Source: an uncultured Pseudobdellovibrionaceae bacterium (GTDB lineage Bacteria > Bdellovibrionota_B > Oligoflexia > Oligoflexales > Bog-1112). From it: 64,000 bases of DNA. Location: positions 744,020 to 808,019 of the forward strand of contig CAZSXR010000001.1 of NCBI GenBank assembly GCA_964611335.1, read 5' to 3'. This document shows, one piece after another, positions 20,034 through 30,345 of the stretch; position 1 is the first letter of the stretch; every line of letters begins with the position of its first letter. The translations under genes were made by a program, and so were the position numbers. The notes beneath the pieces are model-generated. The model saw nothing but the letters and a program-made list of their open reading frames with translations, was not told the DNA's origin and did not search any database.

Positions 20034-21224
20034 TTATAGTTCAAGTTTAGATACAAAATGGGAGATGTCCATCCAAGATACGAGGTTTGCTGCTGTTCGA
20101 GTTTCTGATTTATCTCCTCCATAAACGAGGTAACTTGGGCTTGAGTTTCCTGAGATTTCATTCCAATTTTTTAAAGAATCAAAGAACTTTGAAGTCACAG
20201 TTTCCCCTGCTTTTATTTCGATAGGGATTAAATTCTGTCCATGTTCAATGAGACAGTCCACTTCAACACGACCATTCATATCTCTCCAAAAATAAAGAGG
20301 TGGTCGCTTCCCTTGATTATAAAATTGCTTGTTGAGGTCTGAGATGATGAAATTTTCAAACAGATGCCCCCAGATGGGATTCAAGGGAAGAGAGGAGTCT
20401 TTTTCAATTCCAAGAAGTGAACAACAAAGTCCCGTATCATTAAAATAGATTTTTGGAGATTTGGTCAGTCTTTTATTAAAATTTTTGAAATGAGGTTGTA
20501 GTAAAAAAATGATGTAACTTGCTTCCAGTATAGAGATCCACCTTCGAGCAGTTGTAACACTTATACTGCTTGCATTGGCTAGATCAGAAATATTGAGAAT
20601 TTGTCCAACTCTATTAGCGCAAAGTTTTAAAAAACGTTGGAAAGTATTTAAATCCCCAATATTTGTTAATTGTCTCACATCACGTTCTACATAGGTTTGA
20701 ATATAGGAAGGATAGAACGTATTTGGATCTATAGAATCTGAGTAAATTCGTGGATAAGAACCCTTCCATATAAATTCGGAAACAGATGCCCCTAATAAAG
20801 AGTTCTCTTTTAACTCACTCAAAGAAAGTGCTTGTAGATGTAGTATTGCGATTCTTCCTGCCAAAGATTGTGTTATGGCTTGATTCATAAGAAAATTTTG
20901 TGAGCCCGTTAAAATAAAAAATCCTGGTCTTTTTTTATTATCGATCTCAAGTTGAAGATAAGAAAGTAGGGAAGGAACATTTTGGAACTCGTCAATAATA
21001 AGCCCTGAATTTTTTGTGTAAGTTCTCAGAAATTGTTTCGGGTCTTCACTTGCAAAGTTACGCAACTCCGGATCTTCCAAGTTGACGTAGTCATAATGGG
21101 CAAAAACTTTTTTTGCAAAGGTCGTCTTTCCCGACTGCCTAGGACCTAATATAGCTAGGGCGGGGAGGGATAAATAGGAGCGAACCATGTTTTCAAAGTC
21201 GCGAAGGAACATACTGGACCTCAT
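20034..21224 (-). CDS. AAA+ ATPase with C-terminal DUF4143-type domain
   Basis: Walker A ILGPRQSGKTT and Walker B-like GLIIDEFQN. Size and layout are typical of the AAA_14/DUF4143 family. Confidence 0.8.
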   Translation of the reverse strand: MRSSMFLRDFENMVRSYLSLPALAILGPRQSGKTTFAKKVFAHYDYVNLEDPELRNFASEDPKQFLRTYTKNSGLIIDEFQNVPSLLSYLQLEIDNKKRPGFFILTGSQNFLMNQAITQSLAGRIAILHLQALSLSELKENSLLGASVSEFIWKGSYPRIYSDSIDPNTFYPSYIQTYVERDVRQLTNIGDLNTFQRFLKLCANRVGQILNISDLANASSISVTTARRWISILEASYIIFLLQPHFKNFNKRLTKSPKIYFNDTGLCCSLLGIEKDSSLPLNPIWGHLFENFIISDLNKQFYNQGKRPPLYFWRDMNGRVEVDCLIEHGQNLIPIEIKAGETVTSKFFDSLKNWNEISGNSSPSYLVYGGDKSETRTAANLVSWMDISHFVSKLEL

Positions 21225-21331
21225 TAAATATAGGATTTCAATAGATTAGCTTTTTTTGTGCGTTTTGTATATTGAAAAGTCAATATGCACAGGCTATTTC
21301 AGCCAGAATGGCTGAGCTTCTGAGAGGTGTA

Positions 21332-23092
21332 TTAGAGGGTTGTTCCTTCACAAGCTGCTATTTGCGCCCAGATCTTAGCAAGGTCTGCGTTGATGTTTGT
21401 GATCTGTTTGCGAATGTCGCTTAGTTTTTGGTTCAGAATGCCTTCAGGTGTATCTGCAAGATGCATCGTGTCTACCACCAGTGGAACTATTGATGACATC
21501 ATGGTAGCTAATCCGACTATCACAAATGCTCCTCCGCCTATCCCGTATCTCATTGCAGATTTTCCTTTGGTCTTGGCTTTTTCTTGTGCTGATTGATGAA
21601 CTTCATCAAAGGTTTTTTTTGCGTCTTGTGGGTTAGGATTTGCAGCAGCGAGTCTTTTGTAGGTTGCTTCCATTTGTTTTGAGAATTTTTCAGCGTAGTC
21701 TGGGCTTTTAATCATACGTGCAAAGTTATCAATTCGTTTCTCAAGTGCCGCTATTTCGATCTTTTTAAGCTCTGCCGGTTCGATCGACACTTTACCATTT
21801 TGTTGCGGTTTGCCCCCTATTTTTTGAATTTCTTTCCAATCGACTCCATTTTTTTTGGCCATCGGTTCATCAACCTCTATCTTTGAACCATCTGTTGGAT
21901 TTCCCCAATTTTCATGAAAGTTGTCATTCACAATTTTCTCCACATCAATGTATTTTTTTATGTCTGTTGCAAGTTCAGCCATTCTTTGTTTTCTAGACAG
22001 TTGCTCTACACCAGTTTCCCATTCTGCTGAGAAATAATAGTTAAAAAGCTTGTGTGGTTTTATTTTCTTAGAATTATCATTCCACTCTAAATCCAATTTT
22101 TTCATAAAATCCATAGTCTCAGCCAATTTCTTATACTTACGTGCGGAAGTATCCTTTACTGCATAAGCAATGAACCCTGCCATTCCGACAGCCGTAACAC
22201 CCATCCCTACAAAATATAGGATCCCAGCTGTAGAACTAAAAAACGCATATCCTCCTCCACCCGCTCCTGCTAATGCAGGGTCTACACCTGCAGCTAAACC
22301 TAGGCCGTTGGATCTTTCTGTTGCTGTGCCCGTTGGAGTTTGACTTTGAGAAGCAAGCTGTGCTTGCAGAGCTTGGAGACCACCACTGTTTATAAAATGC
22401 TGACATTCATCCACATTTAAATTGGCGTTTTGATCTATAATTTGTTGGAGCTGTGGATCCATGGTCTGTCCCTGTTTTGCCTGCTTATAAGCGATAAAAG
22501 CATTGCGTATAGCAAAACACTGATCTGTAAACTTGGTTTGGTTTACATAATTTCCCCAAACCAACGAAGACGCCACACTGTTTGTTGAAATAGGAGGAGT
22601 TGAGAGTGTTGTCCATTGAGCAGAACATGTTTGATTAGGATTTTCTGCAATATAGGGTCTCACACAGGATTGCAATTGAACAATAGGATTCTTTATATTT
22701 TTATCACTGTAGAGGTTTGGAACTTCCACATCGACATCTGAAAAACCAGAATTTGAAGATGCAGGAAGACATTGTGTAGGATCGTTGGGATCACACATAC
22801 GGATCTGGAAATATTGAGTGTTAGGATCATAAGAATTTACATGGATCTTATAAGTCGAAGACCAGCACACATTACCCAAACTTACAGTGGCTTGGGGTGT
22901 GCCTAATGCGGATCCATCCACCAAACTTAATTGCGAGTCGGTTATAGTATCTTGTGCAGTGCTTGGTTCCACGCTTGGTTCAACGCTTTGTGCGTTTGAA
23001 GCACTCTTCTTTGAATATTCATGCCCAGTTTTCTTACACTCCGTTATAGATAAAAATGCAAGAAGGGCAGAAAAGACCTTCACTTTTGACAT
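21332..23092 (-). CDS. hypothetical lipoprotein-like membrane protein with two TM helices flanking a charged coiled-coil segment
   Basis: 586 aa with GGAGGG SD and signal/lipobox-like LAFLSITEC. Gly-rich TM1 is YAFFSSTAGILYFVGMGVTAVGMAGFIAYAV and TM2 is GGGAFVIVGLATMMSSIVPLVV. Architecture parallels ORF 38204..39703. Confidence 0.65.
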   Translation of the reverse strand: MSKVKVFSALLAFLSITECKKTGHEYSKKSASNAQSVEPSVEPSTAQDTITDSQLSLVDGSALGTPQATVSLGNVCWSSTYKIHVNSYDPNTQYFQIRMCDPNDPTQCLPASSNSGFSDVDVEVPNLYSDKNIKNPIVQLQSCVRPYIAENPNQTCSAQWTTLSTPPISTNSVASSLVWGNYVNQTKFTDQCFAIRNAFIAYKQAKQGQTMDPQLQQIIDQNANLNVDECQHFINSGGLQALQAQLASQSQTPTGTATERSNGLGLAAGVDPALAGAGGGGYAFFSSTAGILYFVGMGVTAVGMAGFIAYAVKDTSARKYKKLAETMDFMKKLDLEWNDNSKKIKPHKLFNYYFSAEWETGVEQLSRKQRMAELATDIKKYIDVEKIVNDNFHENWGNPTDGSKIEVDEPMAKKNGVDWKEIQKIGGKPQQNGKVSIEPAELKKIEIAALEKRIDNFARMIKSPDYAEKFSKQMEATYKRLAAANPNPQDAKKTFDEVHQSAQEKAKTKGKSAMRYGIGGGAFVIVGLATMMSSIVPLVVDTMHLADTPEGILNQKLSDIRKQITNINADLAKIWAQIAACEGTTL

Positions 23093-23167
23093 GGTTTTCC
23101 CTCCGATGGTTTACTCAATTATCGGAAGACGATGCAGAAACTTAAATTTCGTAGAAAGAAGGATATT

Positions 23168-23797
23168 TTAGTTTTTAAGGTTCCATAGAGATTCTTTTTC
23201 TTCAAGAAAAAGAATCTTATGGGCCATATCTTCTACCTTTGAGTTGATTCTTTTGATTTCTTCTAAAAGCTCAAGTGCCTCTTGACTTATTCCGGACATT
23301 ACGCCGAGAGGAAGTTGAGGAGCTTGGTAGAGTTTCAATTTTTCAGAGACTGTAATTTTTTCTTTCAGAATATGGGGGGATCTTTGCCGGAAAGCGCTCA
23401 AGGTCATTTTAATTAAGGCTATTTGAAGATTTTTTGTAGGATTAAAAAAAACTGCATCGTCAAACTCACGGTAAAAGACCTGTGACATTTTAAACGATTG
23501 TGAATTGAGGTATTGAATTCTCGTTTCAATTTCCCCGAAGTGAGATGTGAAATTTGCGAAGCTGAGGCTTTCTGCAATGCTATGAAAAATCCTTATATAT
23601 TCTTCCAGTTGTTTCAAAATAGGATCACGGGCTTTGTTGAATTCATTGATGAAATCTTGGGGATTCATCAAATACAAATCCTCTCTTTGCATAAATGCAT
23701 TCATAGGCATCCATAATATCGTTTCGGGGTCACTTGCAGCATGAAGAAAATTTGAGAGGGGGAAAGTTAAGAAAAGAATGAGAAGAATTTTAGCCAT
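23168..23797 (-). CDS. hypothetical secreted protein
   Basis: 209 aa with signal peptide ILLILFLTFPLSNFLHAAS, mostly helical composition and no recognisable family. Confidence 0.55.
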   Translation of the reverse strand: MAKILLILFLTFPLSNFLHAASDPETILWMPMNAFMQREDLYLMNPQDFINEFNKARDPILKQLEEYIRIFHSIAESLSFANFTSHFGEIETRIQYLNSQSFKMSQVFYREFDDAVFFNPTKNLQIALIKMTLSAFRQRSPHILKEKITVSEKLKLYQAPQLPLGVMSGISQEALELLEEIKRINSKVEDMAHKILFLEEKESLWNLKN

Positions 23798-24221
23798 AGT
23801 ATCCCTTTCTTCTTAGAAGAGTTTCACACTACCTAGATGGGAAAATGCGTGCAAGCAAATAAGTACAAAGACATAGGAGACGGTGTCCTATATTCTTAGC
23901 GCGGTATCCGATATATGTTCATTGTTTCTCAAAGAGGTTTGACATTCTTTGAAGAAGGTTGAGATTACAAAATCTATAAAGAGCTATCGTGGAAGGAACA
24001 GCTTTGTTTCGGTCTAAGAATTTGCGATGATTGTTTAATGACAAATCATGTTTATTGAGTTGCAGTCCAAGATGATAGGATTTGTCTATCGTTTATGATT
24101 TCCTTGTCTTTCCCTCGAAGTGCATAGTGCACTGTCTTCATGATATGGATCAATAGAATCTTGCTATGATACACTTCTAAATAAAGGTTATGTAGAAGTA
24201 CAAGGCTAAAGGAAGACGAAA

Positions 24222-25661
24222 ATGTTTTCTTTATCGTGCATCAAATTTTTTTCTTTCTTGCTTTTTGTCCTTCTTTCTCTCGGATGCGGAGGATCCTGGG
24301 ATCTCAGTAGTCAAACGTCTCTGCAAAACTCTGTTCCTCAAGTGACAGAAACTTTTCCGAGTTCCCATGCTACGCTTGTGGGTGTGAACCTAAAACCTAT
24401 GGTAATTTTTAGTCAACCCATGGACTCTTCGACTTTCGATAGATCTACCTTTTCTATCAAACTAGGAAATCAATCTGTTGCTGGTACGGTCATAGTATCG
24501 GGTTACAGTGCTACCTTTGTTCCCAAAAATGCTCTTCCTGTAAATGCTAGTTTAACTGCAACCGTGAACACACATGTGCGAAGTTTGGTAGATGGAAAAA
24601 GTGGAGCCAATTTACAGAACGATTATGTATGGACTTTCAAGACAGGTTCTTTTTCAGATAACATTCAACCTGTCGTCAGTATTATCAGCCCTGAAAACTC
24701 TTCGACAGATGTTCCTCTAAACAGAAAGATCGGAGTGGTTTTTAGCAAATTTATGGATCCGAACACACTCTCTCAAGCAACTTTTTTCTTGCAGTCGGGG
24801 ACGGTTCTGGTTAGTGGGAGTATTTCTACTATAGGTTTGGTTTCAACATTTACACCGAAGACTCCTCTACGAAGCAATACTCTTCATACTGCGACTGTGA
24901 GCGTCGCCTCTCAAGATCTTTCGGGTAATACTTTGAACACGAATTTTTCGTGGTCTTTCACGACTGGTTCTACTTTGGATACAACAGCACCTGCGGTAAT
25001 CAATGTACTTCCAAGCGATAAAGCGACGCAAATCCCAACTAATTTCCAAGCAACAGCTACTTTCAGTGAAGTTATGGATCCTGCTACAATCAGCACAAAA
25101 ACATTTTATATGGAAGATGCAAATGCAAACCTCGTGAAAGGAAATATTTCTTTCATAGGAAAATTTGCAAGCTTTCAAGCTTTATCTGCACTGGATTCAA
25201 ATCAAACTTATACAGTAACTATTTTAAGTGGCGCTGAGGGAGTTAAAGATCTTGCTGGAAATGCGTTGGTAAGTGATTACAAGTGGACCTTCACAACGAT
25301 GTCTAGTTCTCAAACAGCAGCACCTACAACACTTGTATCCAGCCCTACTAACAATGCTCAAGGGAGTTGTTTGCAAGTTCCTATCCTTCTCAGTTTTGAT
25401 TCTCCCATGAATGGGGCAACGATTACACCTTCGAACTATACAGTGACGGGACCTAGTACTCAGAATGTTGTAGGAACCGTGTCTTTCAATTCTTCACTTA
25501 CAGAAGCGAGATTTATTCCACTCGCATCTTTATCTCCCAATACTTTGTACACAGTTTTTGTAAGAGGTGGCAGTTTTGGAGTGGGAGATCTTTATGGAAA
25601 TGCGATGTCCAGTAATTATCAGTGGATATTTACCACGGGTACCGAGGCGTGTTCGCAATGA
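24222..25661 (+). CDS. lipoprotein with about five tandem bacterial Ig-like (SbsA/Big_5-type) domains
   Basis: Lipobox LLSLGCGG. A ~95-aa unit recurs five times: P..V....P......V.....I...FS..MD..T....TF.L......V.G.........F.P...L..N..Y...V. Confidence 0.7.
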   Translation: MFSLSCIKFFSFLLFVLLSLGCGGSWDLSSQTSLQNSVPQVTETFPSSHATLVGVNLKPMVIFSQPMDSSTFDRSTFSIKLGNQSVAGTVIVSGYSATFVPKNALPVNASLTATVNTHVRSLVDGKSGANLQNDYVWTFKTGSFSDNIQPVVSIISPENSSTDVPLNRKIGVVFSKFMDPNTLSQATFFLQSGTVLVSGSISTIGLVSTFTPKTPLRSNTLHTATVSVASQDLSGNTLNTNFSWSFTTGSTLDTTAPAVINVLPSDKATQIPTNFQATATFSEVMDPATISTKTFYMEDANANLVKGNISFIGKFASFQALSALDSNQTYTVTILSGAEGVKDLAGNALVSDYKWTFTTMSSSQTAAPTTLVSSPTNNAQGSCLQVPILLSFDSPMNGATITPSNYTVTGPSTQNVVGTVSFNSSLTEARFIPLASLSPNTLYTVFVRGGSFGVGDLYGNAMSSNYQWIFTTGTEACSQ

Positions 25662-26647
25662 TGAAAAAAAATATTTTTTTACTTTTAATGTTTCTTTCTT
25701 TTTATTGCACTTTGATTGCGGAAGTAGATCAGGGGACTTTTGATCTGAGTCCTTTTTACGGTTACAACTATTTTCAAAAGAAGCAGAATTTAAAAAACAA
25801 CCCTCTCTATGGTGGGCGCTTTGCCTATAACATAGTGAGTTATGTGGGCTTAGAAACTTCTTTTTCCTTTATCAAAACACGAGTTCGAGATTCGGATATT
25901 TCCCTTTCAAAAGAAGGTCAGTTTGTGAGTTTTGTGGCTCCGGATGCTGTTAGTGCCAAATTCTATTCTTTAGATTTAGTCTACAATATTGTTCCATCTT
26001 GGCGTGTTACCCCTTATGTATTTTTGGGGTATGGTGCTACATCTTACAACCCTTCTATTCAGACCAAAGATCTTTCTTCCGTGGATTCTGGATTGGGTTT
26101 GAAAATTTCTTTAAGCAAAGTGGTCTCTTTACGTTTCGAAGGAAGAGACATCTTTGTTTCTGAGAAATTTAAAAATGGATATCACAATGTGAGTGCAACG
26201 TTTGGCATACAAATAACTTTGAATAGTCCTGTAAGCGTGCAGATTGTTGAAAAAGAAGTTGCGAAACAGGAAGTTTCAATCGGTAAAAGTGAGAAGGTTC
26301 TGGAATCTCATGTCTTTCATTTTACCTTTGGGAAGGTGAAATTGAATCCACTTGCAAAGAAAGCACTTAATAAATTGAGCTTTAAAATGCATGCGAATCC
26401 TAAACTGAGGGTGCGTATTACAGGCTTTAGTTCTTCTTATGGACTCAAAGAGTTTAATATGCGTTTGAGATTCAAAAGAGCAGAGATTGTGAAAAAGTAT
26501 CTTATCAATAAAGGTATTGCTCCTGGAAGGCTTCTCATTCGTTCTTACGAAAGCACACAATCTGCTGTGAAAGAATGGAATCGCTATGCGGTGCGTTCAC
26601 CTGAGGCTCTTGCCAATATGCGAGTGTTGGTAGAAGTGTTGGAGTGA
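25658..26647 (+). CDS. OmpA-family outer-membrane protein (N-terminal barrel + C-terminal OmpA-like domain)
   Basis: MMKKNIFLLLMFLSF signal peptide. The start overlaps the upstream stop (ATGA at 25658-25661). The C-terminal block FGKVKLNPLAKKALNKL...RITGFSSSYG...NMRLRFKRAEIVKKYLINKGI is a degenerate OmpA_C pattern. Confidence 0.7.
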   Translation: MMKKNIFLLLMFLSFYCTLIAEVDQGTFDLSPFYGYNYFQKKQNLKNNPLYGGRFAYNIVSYVGLETSFSFIKTRVRDSDISLSKEGQFVSFVAPDAVSAKFYSLDLVYNIVPSWRVTPYVFLGYGATSYNPSIQTKDLSSVDSGLGLKISLSKVVSLRFEGRDIFVSEKFKNGYHNVSATFGIQITLNSPVSVQIVEKEVAKQEVSIGKSEKVLESHVFHFTFGKVKLNPLAKKALNKLSFKMHANPKLRVRITGFSSSYGLKEFNMRLRFKRAEIVKKYLINKGIAPGRLLIRSYESTQSAVKEWNRYAVRSPEALANMRVLVEVLE

Positions 26648-26950
26648 TTAGTCGCCGCTTACATTTGTGCAAACGCGCGTGTAAATTCCTAGTACGTTAA
26701 AATGGTCATAGTCAGCCATTGCTATTTTAGTGATGGAGCCCAATTTCGCTGCTGTTTTAATGGAGTTGTCACCAAAAGATACAATTCCCAATATGTTATG
26801 TGCGCAAGATTTTCCTGTTTTAGAAGATTCAATGTTGTTTGTTGCTGTGATCGGTCCATCGATAGAACTGATAAGGCCTGGGTTTATGTAAGGGCCAATT
26901 GCGCAGGAGACGGATGTAAGAAAGGCAAAAGAGATAATTAGTTTTTTCAC
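26648..26950 (-). CDS. TRL-like small lipoprotein
   Basis: GTG 26950 with AGGAG upstream and lipobox FLTSVSC. GKSCAHNILGIVSFGDNSIKTAAKLGSITKIAMADYDHFNVLGIYTRVCTNVSG fits the TRL-like family pattern as I recall it. Confidence 0.6.
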   Translation of the reverse strand: MKKLIISFAFLTSVSCAIGPYINPGLISSIDGPITATNNIESSKTGKSCAHNILGIVSFGDNSIKTAAKLGSITKIAMADYDHFNVLGIYTRVCTNVSGD

Positions 26951-27020
26951 AATGCACTCCTTTTTGAGTTCGACCAAATTGTGAACTTATAAAAGGAGTG
27001 GTGAGAATTTCATTAGAATT

Positions 27021-30000
27021 TTAGTATAAAAATTCCTCATGGATGATTTCAGACTGAGAATCTTTAGCAAAAGTTTTACTGCTCTTATTGTAAGGATAGT
27101 AAACAATCATATTGCCAGTACTTTCTCCATGTGTGAGTGGAACTTTCACTGTTCCCATTGCGGGAACTTCTACTTCTTCTGGCATCCCATAGTAAGGGCT
27201 TGCGCGTTCGAAGGGGTCTATTGTAAGCCATGCATTTGCATCGGAACCTAAGAAGTGATCTGGTGAACTAAAGGGTTCGGCAGAAGCAAGAGCTGCAATT
27301 TTGACTTTCATAAGACCGAAGGGTCTTTGATGAATTTTTGAAAGTGGAACATTCATAATCATAAGGGTGCTGTGATCGAACGTTTTCAAATCCTGTGTAT
27401 CCACAATGGCTTTGGTGTAGTTTGCTTTTTCTCCGTTATCGACTTCCTTGCGTAAACGACGCATTTCTTTAGCATCTGTAAGCACCGTTTTATAAGTGTC
27501 GTAAGATGCAGCAGGATTCAAAGTAAATAACGATGCAGCAACAAGTTCCTGATCAGGAATTCCATCTCCGTTTCCATCGATTTGAATGGAAAGTTCACAG
27601 TGCTCCCAATTTGTAAGTGGACTATGCAATTTAGCTGCAAATTGCAGGAATTTTTCTTTCTTCGAATTTACTGTTTTTTCAACAGTTCTATATCCCACAG
27701 ATTCCAGATCACAAATATCTGTAAGCCTGCGATCGGTGCCTACAGGGGGTTTTCGAGAATTGCTTGCAAGATGGTTGAAGATATAAGCTTGAGCTTTATC
27801 TGTACCCTCGTTTTTTAATGTCAATTCTGCAAGAGAAGATTCTGCATCTTCTTTGCAAGAAGCGTGAACTTTCAAAGATTCCGTACGGAGCAGGCTGAGT
27901 TTTTTTACGACACCCAACGTTGCTATTTTAGCGAGTATTTCGCCTTCTTCGCTTTTTACATAGATGAATGCCGAGAGTTCTTTGACCTGTTTGTCTGTAG
28001 GAGCTTTGACAAAGACGGTGTAAGGGACTTCCACTTTGCTGTTAGCTGGTACAAGCACACTGTTGGGAAACTCTATTTCCAACTCTTCAGGAACGCGTGT
28101 TGTGAAGTAAACAGACATGGCTTCTTTGCTTGCGTTTTGAAGAGAGAGGGTTTTGTTGTAGTCTTTTTTCTGTGAAACTTCCATATCTCCTAAACTGATA
28201 GCAGCAGGATGTACACTCAAACCTTTGCTTTTTACAGCATTGAAAATATCTACACGTCCTGCACCTTGTCTGGAAACGGGGTATTCATTGTTACCGTTGT
28301 CTTTGATGTTGACGCTGTTCGACATCAAAACACTTTTGATCTGTTCGTAGTTCCAATCTGGGTGCATCTCTTTCAAAAGGGCAACACAACCTGCAATATG
28401 CGGAGCTGCCATCGAAGTTCCACTCATTGCAGTTGCAAGTTTTCCTCCGCCTACTTTTGCGGAAAGAATGTTGCTTCCAGGTGCTGAAATTTCAGGCTTT
28501 ATTGCAGAGTCCAAAGAACGAGGTCCACGTGATGAAAAATTTGTCAGTGTGTCGATGAGTGTTGGATCTTCAATGCGTTGATCTGTATTAAACTGAACTT
28601 GAAATTCTTCACCATCGGTCATGGCATCTTTGAATCGTGTTCCATAAGATTTCGAAATCATAATGACGGGTATGTCGAAATTGCCGGAACCTCCCATGCT
28701 TGTTGCTTCACCATCTATATTGTTAGCAAAGACAACTCCGATCGCTCCAGCATTGACTGCTCGTGTGATCTTGTCAGTAAAAGGAGAGCCTCCACGATCA
28801 ATCAAAGCGACATTTCCGCGTACAGCATTTTTTTGTTTTTCATCTAAGTCTTCATTTGCCAAGCCTATGTAAACCAATTTACCGTGAAGGTCTCCCACGC
28901 TTTCGAGCGGTTTTGCAAAGGAAGCTTCAATAGCTCGTATAAGAAAAATATCTTTAGAATTTTTAAATTTAACTCCTCGAAACTTCCAATTCTGATCCAT
29001 GTTGTCTATAGAAGCTGCAACGGAAAGTGCTTCATCTATAGAAGACGGCGCTCCAACGATGTAAGGAACATTGCCTGCGTTACCTGCAGAAATAACAGGA
29101 ATCACATCTGCTTTAACAAGGTTTTTCATAGCTTCGTCGTAGAGTCTGTAGGGAACTCCGAACTGTGATCCCAAAGAAAGGTTGACGACATCTAAGTGGT
29201 CATTGGGATCGAGATTGCCGCTTGGATTCACTGCATATTCCAAAGCTGCAATGACGACAAAGTCGGAAGTCGAACCTTCTTTTCCAAAAACTTTAATTGC
29301 GTACAACTGTGCTCCAGGAGCGACTCCTGTGTAAGTGTTAATACCATCTCCGATACCTGCAATGGTTCCTGCTACGTGAGTACCATGTCCTGATTCATCT
29401 ATGGGGTTTTCATCGGGAACAGGTACGCGTCGGTTGAAATCGAATGAAGCATCGTCGTAATCACTTCCCACGAGATCAATACCCCCAACGACTTTGTTAT
29501 TTGGAAAGTCCGAGGTCTTTTTTGCAGGGTCTACAGCTTTGTATGCTTCTTCTGTTCCTTTTCCACCAAACATTGCGTGTGTATAATCTATGCCTGTGTC
29601 GATAACACCAACACGGATGCCTTTGCCCTCGTAGTGAAGCTCTTTTTGTACACGATCCGCTCCTATGAAATTGACAGAGGTGTGCTCTCCCACTTTAGGT
29701 GCGGGTGTTGGCGTTTTTTGCGCGTCAGGTCTGAGAAAATTTTCGGAACTATGTATTTCAGAAATATTGATGTCGTCTTTCAAATGAGAAATAAGACGTG
29801 TCGGAATCAGAATTGCAAATCCATTGAGCACAAAACGGTAACGTGAAAGAATTTTAATATCTCGGGAAAGGGTATGTAGAAAATTTTCATACTCTATTTG
29901 TTCTTTGAGCAACTGTGTTTTTTGACTCTCATTTATGAGGAGTTTGTTTTTATCGTGTTCGACTGTGCTGAGTAAAGCAGGTGTTTTGAATTTCAACATC

Positions 30001-30137
30001 ATGAGTTTGTAAGGCTCATCTTTGACGGAGCGATTTGTAATAGCAAGTGTGTCAGATGGAGTTGTTTCACGACAAGATGACAGCATAACGGGAATAAGAA
30101 ACGCAGTAAGCAAAGCACAGCTCAATCTGGTTAGCAT
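27021..30137 (-). CDS. subtilisin-like serine protease (peptidase S8) with inserted PA domain; lipoprotein
   Basis: Catalytic triad contexts are VGVIDTGIDYTH (Asp), HGTHVAGTIAG (His) and SGTSMAAPHIAG (Ser). PA-domain block is GNVALIDRGGSPFTDKITRAVNAGAIGVVFANN. Lipobox VMLSSC, GGAGG SD. Confidence 0.92.
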   Translation of the reverse strand: MLTRLSCALLTAFLIPVMLSSCRETTPSDTLAITNRSVKDEPYKLMMLKFKTPALLSTVEHDKNKLLINESQKTQLLKEQIEYENFLHTLSRDIKILSRYRFVLNGFAILIPTRLISHLKDDINISEIHSSENFLRPDAQKTPTPAPKVGEHTSVNFIGADRVQKELHYEGKGIRVGVIDTGIDYTHAMFGGKGTEEAYKAVDPAKKTSDFPNNKVVGGIDLVGSDYDDASFDFNRRVPVPDENPIDESGHGTHVAGTIAGIGDGINTYTGVAPGAQLYAIKVFGKEGSTSDFVVIAALEYAVNPSGNLDPNDHLDVVNLSLGSQFGVPYRLYDEAMKNLVKADVIPVISAGNAGNVPYIVGAPSSIDEALSVAASIDNMDQNWKFRGVKFKNSKDIFLIRAIEASFAKPLESVGDLHGKLVYIGLANEDLDEKQKNAVRGNVALIDRGGSPFTDKITRAVNAGAIGVVFANNIDGEATSMGGSGNFDIPVIMISKSYGTRFKDAMTDGEEFQVQFNTDQRIEDPTLIDTLTNFSSRGPRSLDSAIKPEISAPGSNILSAKVGGGKLATAMSGTSMAAPHIAGCVALLKEMHPDWNYEQIKSVLMSNSVNIKDNGNNEYPVSRQGAGRVDIFNAVKSKGLSVHPAAISLGDMEVSQKKDYNKTLSLQNASKEAMSVYFTTRVPEELEIEFPNSVLVPANSKVEVPYTVFVKAPTDKQVKELSAFIYVKSEEGEILAKIATLGVVKKLSLLRTESLKVHASCKEDAESSLAELTLKNEGTDKAQAYIFNHLASNSRKPPVGTDRRLTDICDLESVGYRTVEKTVNSKKEKFLQFAAKLHSPLTNWEHCELSIQIDGNGDGIPDQELVAASLFTLNPAASYDTYKTVLTDAKEMRRLRKEVDNGEKANYTKAIVDTQDLKTFDHSTLMIMNVPLSKIHQRPFGLMKVKIAALASAEPFSSPDHFLGSDANAWLTIDPFERASPYYGMPEEVEVPAMGTVKVPLTHGESTGNMIVYYPYNKSSKTFAKDSQSEIIHEEFLY

Positions 30138-30345
30138 GCGACCTCCGAAAATATTTTGGGTATTTTTCTTTTTCTAACAGTGTTTTTGGAAATTATCAAG
30201 AATAATTAAATAAAATCAAAGCATTGTAACTTTTCTCTCAACTCCTTCTGCGGAAGATCGATAGGGTTCTCAACGCTGCTTCCTCGTCTGGGAGCACTGA
30301 AACGTCTTTCACCTTAACCTTAAGTCAGAGAAATGGAGTGTCTTT

